Of a stretch of 64,000 nt of DNA, positions 41,095-50,420 are shown in pieces. Source of the DNA: Phycisphaerales bacterium. GTDB taxonomy: Bacteria > Planctomycetota > Phycisphaerae > Phycisphaerales > UBA1924. Location: positions 945,694 to 1,009,693 of the forward strand of contig OZ245745.1 of assembly GCA_965227605.1 (NCBI GenBank), in the 5' to 3' direction. The position numbers and the translations under genes were made by a program. The notes under the pieces are model-generated. The model searched no databases and was not told where the DNA came from. It saw only the letters and a program-made list of their open reading frames with translations. Every line of letters begins with the position of its first letter. Within the stretch, counting starts at the first letter, position 1.

Positions 41095-41744
41095 GCGAGA
41101 CGGCGGCGGGACCGTCCCCGGCGCGGAGCGCGGGCGCGTGGGCCACGCTGCTCGGGGTGACGCTCTTCGGCGCGCTGATTGATCTGTTCAGTAAGTCGCT
41201 CGCGTTTGCGAGGATCGCGGACGCGCCGGTGCTGGTGTCGCGGGAGGCGGTGCTGGCGCACCCGCCCGAGCAGCTGAACGCGGCGCTGATCCCGGCGCAT
41301 GAGCCGGTGATGGTGATCCCGTATGTGCTCGAGTTTCGGTTGGTGCTGAACCCGGGCGCCGTGTTCGGGGTTGGCCCAGGGAAGCGGTGGTTCTTTGTGG
41401 GGTTCACGCTGCTGGCGGTGTGCGCGGCGCTGTGGATGTTCGCGAAGTGGACGACGGCGAAGGATCGGTGGTCGCACGCGGCGCTGGGGCTGGTTCTGGC
41501 GGGCGGCTTGGGGAACCTGTACGACCGGCTGGTGCACGGGTGCGTGCGGGATTTTCTGCACCCGCTGCCGAATGTTCAGTTGCCCTTCGGGATCACGTGG
41601 CCCGGCGGGGAGACTGAGGTGTGGCCGTGGGTGAGCAACGTGGCCGACGCGTGGCTTTTGATTGGGATCGGTATTTTGTTGGTGCGGGCGTGGGGCGGGG
41701 AGAAGAACGGCGGAGGTCAGCCCGCTGCAGAGGCGTCGGCCTGA
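41091..41744 (+). CDS. lspA: Lipoprotein signal peptidase (signal peptidase II)
   Basis: LspA motifs NPGAVFGVG, LGNLYDRL and VRDFLH. The GTG start overlaps the upstream stop (GTGA). Confidence 0.8.
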   Translation: MSETAAGPSPARSAGAWATLLGVTLFGALIDLFSKSLAFARIADAPVLVSREAVLAHPPEQLNAALIPAHEPVMVIPYVLEFRLVLNPGAVFGVGPGKRWFFVGFTLLAVCAALWMFAKWTTAKDRWSHAALGLVLAGGLGNLYDRLVHGCVRDFLHPLPNVQLPFGITWPGGETEVWPWVSNVADAWLLIGIGILLVRAWGGEKNGGGQPAAEASA

Positions 41745-42703
41745 GAGCGGATGCGTTCCCTGAGGGTGTCGAGCATGTCTCGGACCTCGGTGGCCATCCG
41801 CGAGTTGGGGAAGGCGTCGATGATCTGCTCGCCGACCTGGAGCGCTTCGCCCCAGGATTTGTCCTGCACGAGGAGCTTGAAGCGGACGCCGAGGTTGTCG
41901 CGGGCCTTTCCGATGACGCCGCGGGCGACCTCCTGGAACTGGGCGGCCTCGTCCTCGTCCAGGTAGTGGTCGAGTTCCTTGAGGAGGGTCATGGCCTGCT
42001 CGGTGTCTTCGCGCTGGGCGGCGTGGAGGAAGCGGCGCTCGAGATCGAGCTTGTAGCGGTTGTGGGCCTGATCGACTTTCTGGCGCAGGTTCTCGGTGCG
42101 GGGTGAGTCGGGGAAGAGGCGCTGGATGCGGGCGGCTTCCTCGGTGGCGGCGACCCACTCCTTGGATTCGATCTTGGATTCGAGGATGGAGAGGGCTTTG
42201 GAGACGCCTTCTTCGTAGGTCTCGGCGCGCCCGCGGTCGATGCGGACGCGGAACTCTTCGGCTTCCTGGCGGTAGCCGAAGCGCTCGGCGAGTTCCTTGA
42301 CGAGGATCATCGCGGCTTCCCAGTCGTGGTCGATGATGTCCTGCTCGATGGCCTTGCAGAGGAGGTCGCGTTCCTGCTTGCGGTGGATGACGCGCTTGGC
42401 GGCTTCGGAGAGGCCGCCCTCGTTGACCATCTCGTGGATGGCCTCGCTCATCTCGTGGACCTGGTCGGCGAGGTCGACCATGGAGCCGTCGTTCCCATCG
42501 GAGGTTCGCAGGCCGATGGGGGCGAGGGCGAGCGAGACGATGAGGCCGAGGAAGGCTTCGCCCCGGAACTGGGGGAGCATGACCATGACGACGAGGCAGC
42601 CGGCGACGAGGAGCAGGTAGAAGACGAGGAACTCCCAAGCCGGGGGCTGGATGCCGCCCTTGGTCGGGCGGGTGGTCTGGCGTCGGTCCAGGGTGTCGTT
42701 CAT
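41717..42703 (-). CDS. Hypothetical membrane protein with helical-repeat cytoplasmic domain
   Basis: One or two N-terminal TM helices (AWEFLVFYLLLVAGCLVVMVMLP), followed by an alpha-helical repeat region. No catalytic motif. Confidence 0.45.
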   Translation of the reverse strand: MNDTLDRRQTTRPTKGGIQPPAWEFLVFYLLLVAGCLVVMVMLPQFRGEAFLGLIVSLALAPIGLRTSDGNDGSMVDLADQVHEMSEAIHEMVNEGGLSEAAKRVIHRKQERDLLCKAIEQDIIDHDWEAAMILVKELAERFGYRQEAEEFRVRIDRGRAETYEEGVSKALSILESKIESKEWVAATEEAARIQRLFPDSPRTENLRQKVDQAHNRYKLDLERRFLHAAQREDTEQAMTLLKELDHYLDEDEAAQFQEVARGVIGKARDNLGVRFKLLVQDKSWGEALQVGEQIIDAFPNSRMATEVRDMLDTLRERIRSQADASAAG

Positions 42704-42744
42704 CGCCTGCTCCGTCGTGGCGGTTGGGGGAGGTTCTTGCCCCA

Positions 42745-43110
42745 TCATGTGCCGGGGGTGGGCTCTCCGCAATTGCGGCTGACCGGGGCGACGCAGAGGA
42801 AGCGGAGGCCCTGGCTCCCGGCCTGGAACTGGTGCTCGGCGTCCGCGGGGACGTAGAGGACGTCTCCGGGCCTGACGGGGTGGTCGCTGCCGCTGAGGTG
42901 GGCCTCGCCTGAGCCGTCCAGGATGAAGACCTCGTGCTCGTAGTCGTGGGAGTGGCGGGGGGTGTGGCCGCCCGGGGCGACCTTGAACTGGCGGGTAGCG
43001 AAGGTGGGGGCGCCGTCGTCGCGCCCGGCCATGACGCGCATGGCGACGCCCTCAGCGCCGTCCATGTCGACGGGGGTCATCTCCACGTCGTCGATGTTGC
43101 GGATAACCAT
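42745..43110 (-). CDS. Cupin domain protein
   Basis: 121 aa. Cupin motifs G(x)5HxH (PGGHTPRHSHDYEHEVFILDG) and PGDVLYVPADAEHQF. Confidence 0.7.
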   Translation of the reverse strand: MVIRNIDDVEMTPVDMDGAEGVAMRVMAGRDDGAPTFATRQFKVAPGGHTPRHSHDYEHEVFILDGSGEAHLSGSDHPVRPGDVLYVPADAEHQFQAGSQGLRFLCVAPVSRNCGEPTPGT

Positions 43111-43149
43111 CGGAGCGCTCCTTCGCGGGGGATCGCATCGTAGTTTAGC

Positions 43150-43830
43150 ATGGGATTCATGGCTGAATCTGCGCAAACGTCTTCGTTGAGCGAGTTGATC
43201 GAGGGGTACACGCTGGGGCCCTTTGCGACGAACTGTTACGTGGTTCGGGTGGCGGGGGGCGACGCCTGCTGGTTCGTGGACGCCAGCTGGGGGGCGGCGG
43301 CGCTGGTGGAGCGAGTGAAGGAACTCGGGTTGCGGCCGGAGAAGCTGCTGCTGACGCACGCGCACCCGGACCACATCGCGGGGGTGCCGGAGGTGAAAGG
43401 GGCGATGCCCGATCTGCCCGTGGCGATCCACGGGGCGGAGCGGGAGTGGCTGACGGACGCGACGAAGAACCTGAGCACGGCGCTCGGGGGCGAGGCGATC
43501 ACGGTCGGCGCGGCGGATGAGATTCTGGAAGACGGGCAAGCACTTTCGTTGGGTGAGACGGAGTGGGAGGTCTTGCACACGCCCGGGCACTCGCCGGGGG
43601 GTGTGTCGCTGTATTGCGCCGGGCTCGGCGTGGTGATCGCGGGGGACACGCTGTTCGCCGGGTCGATCGGGCGGTTTGATTTTCCGTCGAGCGACGAGGG
43701 CGCGCTCTTCGCGTCGATCCGCGAGAAGCTCTATGCGTTGCCCGACGAGACGGTGGTGCTGCCGGGGCACGGGGCGGCGACAACGGTCGGGCGGGAGAAG
43801 GCCTCGAACCCGTTTGTGCGCCCGCTATGA
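43150..43830 (+). CDS. MBL-fold metallo-hydrolase (glyoxalase II-like)
   Basis: HxHxDH motif (LLTHAHPDHIAG) plus downstream His/Asp ligands (HTPGHSPGG). Confidence 0.75.
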   Translation: MGFMAESAQTSSLSELIEGYTLGPFATNCYVVRVAGGDACWFVDASWGAAALVERVKELGLRPEKLLLTHAHPDHIAGVPEVKGAMPDLPVAIHGAEREWLTDATKNLSTALGGEAITVGAADEILEDGQALSLGETEWEVLHTPGHSPGGVSLYCAGLGVVIAGDTLFAGSIGRFDFPSSDEGALFASIREKLYALPDETVVLPGHGAATTVGREKASNPFVRPL

Positions 43831-44615
43831 AGACGCCGACGGACCGGTTCGCGCGGTTGCCGTCGTCGCTGGCGAAGCTGGCGAAGACGGTGCGGTTTGG
43901 AGATGTGCCGGCGCTCCTGGCGCACCCGGACTGGGAGACTCCCGCGCCGGTTGTGCTGTGGATGCACGGGCGCACGGTGCACAAGGAGCTGGACCCGGGG
44001 CGGTATCTGCGCTGGGTTCGGGCGGGGATCGCGGCGTGCGCGGTTGATCTGCCGGGGCACGGGGAGCGGTTCGATGCGGACATGCACAGCCCGGAGAACA
44101 CGCTGCATGTGGTGAAGCAGATGGTGGGGGAGATCGACGGGATTGTTGCGGCGCTGAGCGGGGATGGGTTTGGCGGCGTGTTCGATGCGGAACGGATGGG
44201 AATCGGCGGGATGAGCGCGGGCGGGATGGCGACGCTGCGCCGGCTTGGTGAGGCGCACCCGTTTGCGTGCGCGGCGGTGGAATCGACGGCGGGTGATTTC
44301 TCAAAGATGCCGAGTTATGTGGGGCGGTACCCGCAGGAATTGATCGATGAGCTGGATCCGATGAAGCGCATGGACGATCGGCGGGCGGTTCCGCTGCTGG
44401 CGCTGCATTCGGAGAAGGATGAGTGGGTTCCGGTTGAGGCGATACGGAATTTCATCGAGGGGTTATGTCCAAAGTATGAGGAAGCTGGCGAAGAGCTGAC
44501 ACTGCGGACGTGGCCTGAAACGGGGGCGCCGTATGAGCACGCGGGGTTCGGGAAGGTGGCGGCGGAGGCGAAGGATGCGCAGGTTGAGTTCTTCGAGCGG
44601 CACTTGTTGAAATAA
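43827..44615 (+). CDS. Alpha/beta hydrolase (dienelactone hydrolase / S9 peptidase-like)
   Basis: Nucleophile elbow GGMSAGG. Catalytic Asp/His candidates downstream. Overlaps the previous gene by 4 nt. Confidence 0.6.
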   Translation: MKTPTDRFARLPSSLAKLAKTVRFGDVPALLAHPDWETPAPVVLWMHGRTVHKELDPGRYLRWVRAGIAACAVDLPGHGERFDADMHSPENTLHVVKQMVGEIDGIVAALSGDGFGGVFDAERMGIGGMSAGGMATLRRLGEAHPFACAAVESTAGDFSKMPSYVGRYPQELIDELDPMKRMDDRRAVPLLALHSEKDEWVPVEAIRNFIEGLCPKYEEAGEELTLRTWPETGAPYEHAGFGKVAAEAKDAQVEFFERHLLK

Positions 44616-44619
44616 GGAT

Positions 44620-44640
44620 GCGAGCTGCGCTCGCGTTTTT
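44620..44640 (+). terminator. Rho-independent terminator (GCGAGC-TGC-GCTCGC plus T5)
   Basis: 6-bp GC stem with a 3-nt loop, followed by TTTTT, 5 nt after the stop of 43827..44615. Confidence 0.5.
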
Positions 44641-44646
44641 CTCTTT

Positions 44647-44684
44647 GCCCTCACCCCGGCCCTCTCCCCGGGGGAGAGGGAGGG
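44647..44684. repeat. GC-rich palindromic intergenic repeat (GCCCTCACCCCGGCCCTCTCCCCGGGGGAGAGGGAGGGG), copy 2
   Basis: Same core as 18473..18493. Forms a 9-10-bp hairpin CCTCTCCCC/GGGGAGAGG. Confidence 0.6.
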
Positions 44685-44696
44685 GAATTGGAAGCG

Positions 44697-45152
44697 CTAC
44701 GAGACCGGACTGAGCCAGTCGGGGAGCGGGGTCGGGCGGCCGGTGCGGTCGACGCAGGCGATGGTTGTGGTCGCTTCGGCGCAGAGGTCGGTGGCGGCGC
44801 CTTTCTCGTTGACGCGGAGGACTTCGTAGGCGTGGTCGATGCGGGCGCGGCCGCCGCCGGTGACGGTTGTTCTTATTTCGAGGTGGTCGTCGTAGCGGGC
44901 GGGGAGGCGGTAGCGGAGGGCGAGCTTGGTGACGACGAGGAGGACGCCGGCGCCTTCGAGCTGGGCGTAGGTGACGCCGGCTTCGCGGAGGAGTTCGGTG
45001 CGCCCGAGTTCGAGCCACGGCGCGTAGGAGGCGTGGTGGGCGACGCCCATGGGGTCGCACTCGGTGTAGCGCACGCGCAGGCGGTGGACGCCGGCGGTTG
45101 GGATCGCGCTCTTGGGGGCGATGGCGTTGGTGTCGGCGGGCTGGGGGGGCAT
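44697..45152 (-). CDS. Acyl-CoA thioesterase, 4HBT/YbgC-like hotdog fold
   Basis: HRLRVRYTECDPMGVAHHASY is a typical YbgC/4HBT N-terminal catalytic motif. 151 aa. Confidence 0.7.
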   Translation of the reverse strand: MPPQPADTNAIAPKSAIPTAGVHRLRVRYTECDPMGVAHHASYAPWLELGRTELLREAGVTYAQLEGAGVLLVVTKLALRYRLPARYDDHLEIRTTVTGGGRARIDHAYEVLRVNEKGAATDLCAEATTTIACVDRTGRPTPLPDWLSPVS

Positions 45153-45862
45153 CAGAAGTCGAAGTTGAAGCCGGCGTAGAGGCCGGCGATGGCGCCGTCG
45201 AACTCGAAGCCGTCGTCGTCGAGGTCGGTGCGGAGGAAGCGGTAACCGAACTGGGCGCCGAGCCAGGGCTCGGGCTGCCAGAGGACGCGGGCGGCGATGG
45301 ACCAGGCGGCGCTGTCGAGGCCGGCGCCGATGTCGGCGTTGATGTCGAAGGAGAAATCGTTGGGCAGCGTGACAGTGATGGTCGCGGCGGCGAGGGCTTC
45401 GACCCAGACGCTGTCTTCGCTGACGGTCATGCCGGCGTCGGGGATCTCGATGCGGAAGTCGGTGGCGCGGAGGCCGCCGCCGACGTCGAGGCGGAGGGAG
45501 ACTTCGTCGGAGAGCTCGCGCGACCAGACGCGTTTGGTGACGAGGCCCTCGAAGCTGGCGTAGTCGGCCTCGGAGTCGATGCCGTCGGTGGAGAAGACGA
45601 AGCCGGAGAGGTGGATGGTCCAGTCGTCGTTGGTGAAGGTGGCGCGGAGGGCGGGGGTGAGTTCGTTCTCGTCGAGATTGAAGTCATCGACTTCGAAGGA
45701 GCCGACGCCGGGGAGGGTGAGGTCGTCCTGGAGGGCGGGGCGCCAGAGGAGGAGTTCGGCGGAGGCGGACCATTTGTTGGTGGGGGGAGTGGGGTCGTCC
45801 TCGGGTTGGGCGAGGGCGAGGGTTGGGGTGAGGAGGAGGATGGTTGGGGTGAGGCGGGGCAT
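45152..45862 (-). CDS. Outer-membrane beta-barrel protein (signal peptide, C-terminal aromatic residue)
   Basis: Signal peptide MPRLTPTILLLTPTLALAQ. Alternating hydrophobic beta-strand pattern. Ends ...GLYAGFNFDF. Stop overlaps the start of the thioesterase gene. Confidence 0.55.
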   Translation of the reverse strand: MPRLTPTILLLTPTLALAQPEDDPTPPTNKWSASAELLLWRPALQDDLTLPGVGSFEVDDFNLDENELTPALRATFTNDDWTIHLSGFVFSTDGIDSEADYASFEGLVTKRVWSRELSDEVSLRLDVGGGLRATDFRIEIPDAGMTVSEDSVWVEALAAATITVTLPNDFSFDINADIGAGLDSAAWSIAARVLWQPEPWLGAQFGYRFLRTDLDDDGFEFDGAIAGLYAGFNFDF

Positions 45863-45910
45863 GTGGGGGAGGGTAGCGGGGTGGGGGGAGGCACGATGCG
45901 CCCTTCGGGC

Positions 45911-45950
45911 GGATCGTGGCACCCGGAATAGTGGATCGTGGCGTCCGGAT
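45911..45950. promoter_or_regulatory. Tandem direct repeat GGATCGTGGC(A/G)(C/T)CCGGA x2 (23-nt register) in divergent promoter region
   Basis: Two 17-nt copies with 2 mismatches, 6 nt apart. ~50-90 nt upstream of the OMP gene start and ~100 nt upstream of the REC gene. Candidate operator. Confidence 0.4.
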
Positions 45951-46043
45951 TTTCGTGACTGCCGAAATGGCGGGTTGGGCTTGGTGGTTGGTGGGTGTGA
46001 CAGCGTTTGTGGGTTGGATTTGGGGGTCGGGTGAGGGTGGGGG

Positions 46044-46598
46044 GTGGTCCGGGCTTTGCCATCTGATGAGGCGATGGTCGAGATCGAACCGCCCCATTCT
46101 GGTTCCGATTCCGGCGGCGCTCGCCGTGGGGGTCGGCTGAACCTTCTGCTGACCGACGGCGGGTGGCGCGAGGAGTCGTGGGCGGATCGTCTGCCGCGGC
46201 TTCTCGAGCCGATGGGCGTGCGTGCGGTGCGGGCGGGGTGCGGTCGTGAGGCCGCGGAGACCCTGCGGAAGACGCCCGTGCACGCTGCGGTGCTCGATCT
46301 GAGCTTGCCCTTGGACGCCCGCGTGCGTCGGGCGGCGGACGCGTCGAACCGCCTGGCGGTGCGTCTGAACGAGGGGGGCGTACGGCTTCTGGAGTATCTG
46401 GCCCGGCTGGAGCAGCGGCCGCCTTTGGTCGTGGTGCGTCAGCCGCGGAGCCAGCGGGAGGACCAGCGGGTGCTGGCCCTGGCGATGAAGCTGGGGGCGT
46501 TCGCGGTGGTGGACCGCCCGGTGGACCTTGAGGCGATGCTCCAGATCCTGTCGCGATTACTTGAGCGGCACTACCGCGGGCGTTGGCCCGGCGTTTGA
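46044..46598 (+). CDS. Single-domain response-regulator receiver (REC)-like protein
   Basis: CheY-like pattern: LNLLLTDGG (acidic pocket, partly degenerate), AAVLDLSLP (phospho-acceptor Asp position), conserved Lys in ALAMKLGAFAVVDRP. Start may be the ATG at 46074. Confidence 0.5.
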   Translation: MVRALPSDEAMVEIEPPHSGSDSGGARRGGRLNLLLTDGGWREESWADRLPRLLEPMGVRAVRAGCGREAAETLRKTPVHAAVLDLSLPLDARVRRAADASNRLAVRLNEGGVRLLEYLARLEQRPPLVVVRQPRSQREDQRVLALAMKLGAFAVVDRPVDLEAMLQILSRLLERHYRGRWPGV

Positions 46599-46680
46599 TT
46601 ACACACTGAACCACTCACACCACTTCAACCCCGGGGAGACCCGGGCCTGAACGATTCTGAGAACGAAGGAGACACTGAAC

Positions 46681-47007
46681 ATGGCGACGGCGACGAAATC
46701 GAAGAAGAAGATCACCACCAAGGTCCGCCCGCTGGGCGACAAGGTGCTCGTGCAGCGCGACGAGTCGGCGGAGGTGACCGAGTCGGGCATCTACCTGCCC
46801 GAGCAGGCCAAGGACAAGCCTAAGTCGGGCGTGATCGTGGCGGTGGGCGACGGCGCCCTCTCGACCGAGACGGGCGAGCGCACGCCCATGACCGTCAAGA
46901 AGGGCGATCGCGTGATCTTCGCCAGCTACGCCGGCACCGAGGTGAAGCTGGGTGACGACGAGCTGCTGATCATGAGCGAGGATGAAATCCTCGCGATTGT
47001 GGACTAA
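46681..47007 (+). CDS. groES: Co-chaperonin GroES
   Basis: 108 aa. VRPLGDKVLVQR ... GIYLPEQAKDKPKSGVIVAVGDG ... VKKGDRVIFASYAGTEVK is canonical GroES. RBS GAAGGAG. Confidence 0.95.
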   Translation: MATATKSKKKITTKVRPLGDKVLVQRDESAEVTESGIYLPEQAKDKPKSGVIVAVGDGALSTETGERTPMTVKKGDRVIFASYAGTEVKLGDDELLIMSEDEILAIVD

Positions 47008-47029
47008 TTACCAACCAAGCGGAGGCCAT

Positions 47030-47410
47030 ATGAGCACAGTCACAGAACATCATTCAATCACGGTTCCCATCTTTTCACGTCGATGGGGCCACGATGATAA
47101 CTGGACTTTCACAATGACCGACGAAGGGTGGGTAATCCAACTGGGTGCTCACACAGCACATGTCATCATTGAGCCCAAGGACGAAGTTCGTCCCAGCGAA
47201 ACGCTCTCAAAGTGGGCTAGAAATGACATGGTGACGCTTCCTGCTGGAACAACTGGATTTCTCGAGCATGTGTGGAGCCGTGCTCAGGAAGAAACGTTGT
47301 CTCGCGAACAGGTCAAGGCTGCGATCGAAGACATCGCGGAGTGGATTAACGCCACATCGAAGAGCAGGCCCAAGCGTGAAGAGGGTTTGTTTCACGAGTA
47401 CTTCGGTTAA
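47030..47410 (+). CDS. Hypothetical protein (126 aa), first gene of intra-groESL cassette
   Basis: ATG at 47030 preceded by GGAGG. No recognisable motif. Confidence 0.5.
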   Translation: MSTVTEHHSITVPIFSRRWGHDDNWTFTMTDEGWVIQLGAHTAHVIIEPKDEVRPSETLSKWARNDMVTLPAGTTGFLEHVWSRAQEETLSREQVKAAIEDIAEWINATSKSRPKREEGLFHEYFG

Positions 47411-47412
47411 AC

Positions 47413-47616
47413 ATGACTTCCGACCAGCTCCGACAAGCGCTCGGCGAGCTCAACTCTGAGCGGGACGCCGAGTTTCATTTCGAGGGCGCTCCCCCGTGTC
47501 TGGTGCCTGGGGCGATCCTGATCCCTGACGAGGCGGACCATCTGGTCAAGGTTTCGGACGGGAAGCACGTCTACCTGATCGACGCGGAGCGCGTCGCCTG
47601 GGTCAAGATCGGGTAG
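47413..47616 (+). CDS. Hypothetical small protein (67 aa), second gene of intra-groESL cassette
   Basis: ATG 3 nt after the previous stop, suggesting coupled translation. No recognisable motif. Confidence 0.4.
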   Translation: MTSDQLRQALGELNSERDAEFHFEGAPPCLVPGAILIPDEADHLVKVSDGKHVYLIDAERVAWVKIG

Positions 47617-47698
47617 CCGCAAGATCGGTTGAGCGCACTTCGACACAAACACCAACACGCACATCAACGCACGACGAAACGATAAGGAACGAACGAAC

Positions 47699-49333
<1,635 letters not shown>

Positions 49334-49383
49334 GTCGAGAGCACAAAAAGTTCGGCCGCCTTTAACCGGGCGGTCGGGCATTC

Positions 49384-50217
49384 ATGGTCGTCCTTGACAA
49401 TCAGCGGGCGTTGAACGCAAGGCATCGTCGTGGCTATTGCTATCTTTGTGGCAAGCCATTTGAGCGCGAAGACATCACAAAGGACCATGCGCCTCCGATC
49501 AATCTCTTTGATCAAAATGATCGACAAAACGTTGTAATACTACCAGCTCATTTTAAATGTAACCAAGCAGCGTCATTCGACGATGAACGATCGATACAAT
49601 TACTAACTCCATATCTATGGGGTAACTCGATATCAAAAGATCGGCTACGCTTGAACTATCGCGCAGTTCACGACGAAAACACTCAACGGAATATAGGTGG
49701 AATCCGGGGAGCCGAACTTTACAGAGCTATATACCGTTGGATTCAAGGCTTTCATTGTCTGTTGTACGATGAATTTTTGCCACCACATCCAGTGACGAAG
49801 CATGCCATATCTTGCCCTCTGTATAGAGGTGTTGAACAAGAAGACGAGATGAAGATGCACGGACCTCAGCCTGCTCACCGTGTAATGGTTCGGCAATTAC
49901 GTATCAACAGACTGGCGTCGCGAGTGGATCGGATTGAAGCGTACAACGGTAAATTGAAGTATGAGTGCTGCTGGGTACGTATGGATGATGGGAGCCCAGC
50001 ATGTCTCTGGGGTATGCAAATATATGATTGGGAGAAGCTGACTCCTCAAGAATTTTTTCCTAAGCACGGCTGTGTCGGTTTTTATTTATCGTCTAATGGT
50101 AAGCCTGTGCGGGCAGAATGGTCTACGAGCGTGGAATACGATCATTCGTTGGATGATCTTTTACCCTTCGACTCTGCAGAGTCCCCTGCGACAGCGCCCC
50201 AGAATCCGACAGACTAA
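49384..50217 (+). CDS. HNH (His-Me finger) nuclease-domain protein with ~190-aa C-terminal domain of unknown function
   Basis: The N-terminus CYLCGKPFEREDITKDHAPPINLF ... ILPAHFKCNQ fits the CxxC / DH / H..CN HNH pattern. The rest is Cys/Trp-rich and unassignable. Confidence 0.6.
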   Translation: MVVLDNQRALNARHRRGYCYLCGKPFEREDITKDHAPPINLFDQNDRQNVVILPAHFKCNQAASFDDERSIQLLTPYLWGNSISKDRLRLNYRAVHDENTQRNIGGIRGAELYRAIYRWIQGFHCLLYDEFLPPHPVTKHAISCPLYRGVEQEDEMKMHGPQPAHRVMVRQLRINRLASRVDRIEAYNGKLKYECCWVRMDDGSPACLWGMQIYDWEKLTPQEFFPKHGCVGFYLSSNGKPVRAEWSTSVEYDHSLDDLLPFDSAESPATAPQNPTD

Positions 50218-50367
50218 GTGTAGTGCTGGTTGTGAATCTATTAGCGATTTGAAGGACTTTCCTGACAGCCGCTTCATTGTCGTCTACTTCTGAACTGCCG
50301 CAAACCCTTCAAGCGACTCTTCCAACGCATTGGCAAACTTCACGGCCTTCACGCTTACCCACAGCAC

Positions 50368-50399
50368 GAAAAAACCGGCCCCAATCACTCGGGGCCGGT
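50368..50399 (-). terminator. Rho-independent terminator for the PEP-CTERM gene (minus strand: CCGGCCCCGAGTGATTGGGGCCGG plus T7)
   Basis: 8-bp GC stem, followed by TTTTTTT on the minus strand, 20 nt after the stop of 50421..51167. Confidence 0.65.
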
Positions 50400-50420
50400 C
50401 GGGACAAGATTTCGTAATGA

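Larger units (their letters stand above)
47008..47698. other. Lower-GC (roughly 50%) insertion between groES and groEL carrying two small ORFs
   Basis: Composition and codon usage differ from the flanking chaperonin genes. groES and groEL are normally contiguous. Confidence 0.6.
49340..50420. other. Low-GC (roughly 45%) island immediately 3' of groEL
   Basis: Sharp compositional shift. Contains the single ORF 49384..50217 and ends at the terminator of the convergent PEP-CTERM gene. Confidence 0.65.

Noticed and set aside
46599-46680. CIRCE heat-shock operator upstream of groES
   Set aside because: No TTAGCACTC-N9-GAGTGCTAA or close variant. Only a short CCCGGG palindrome and the RBS.
49334-49383. 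Terminator between groEL and the HNH gene
   Set aside because: Only a weak 5-bp GCCGCC/GGCGG pairing and no T-run. Not convincing, so the HNH gene may be read through from groEL.
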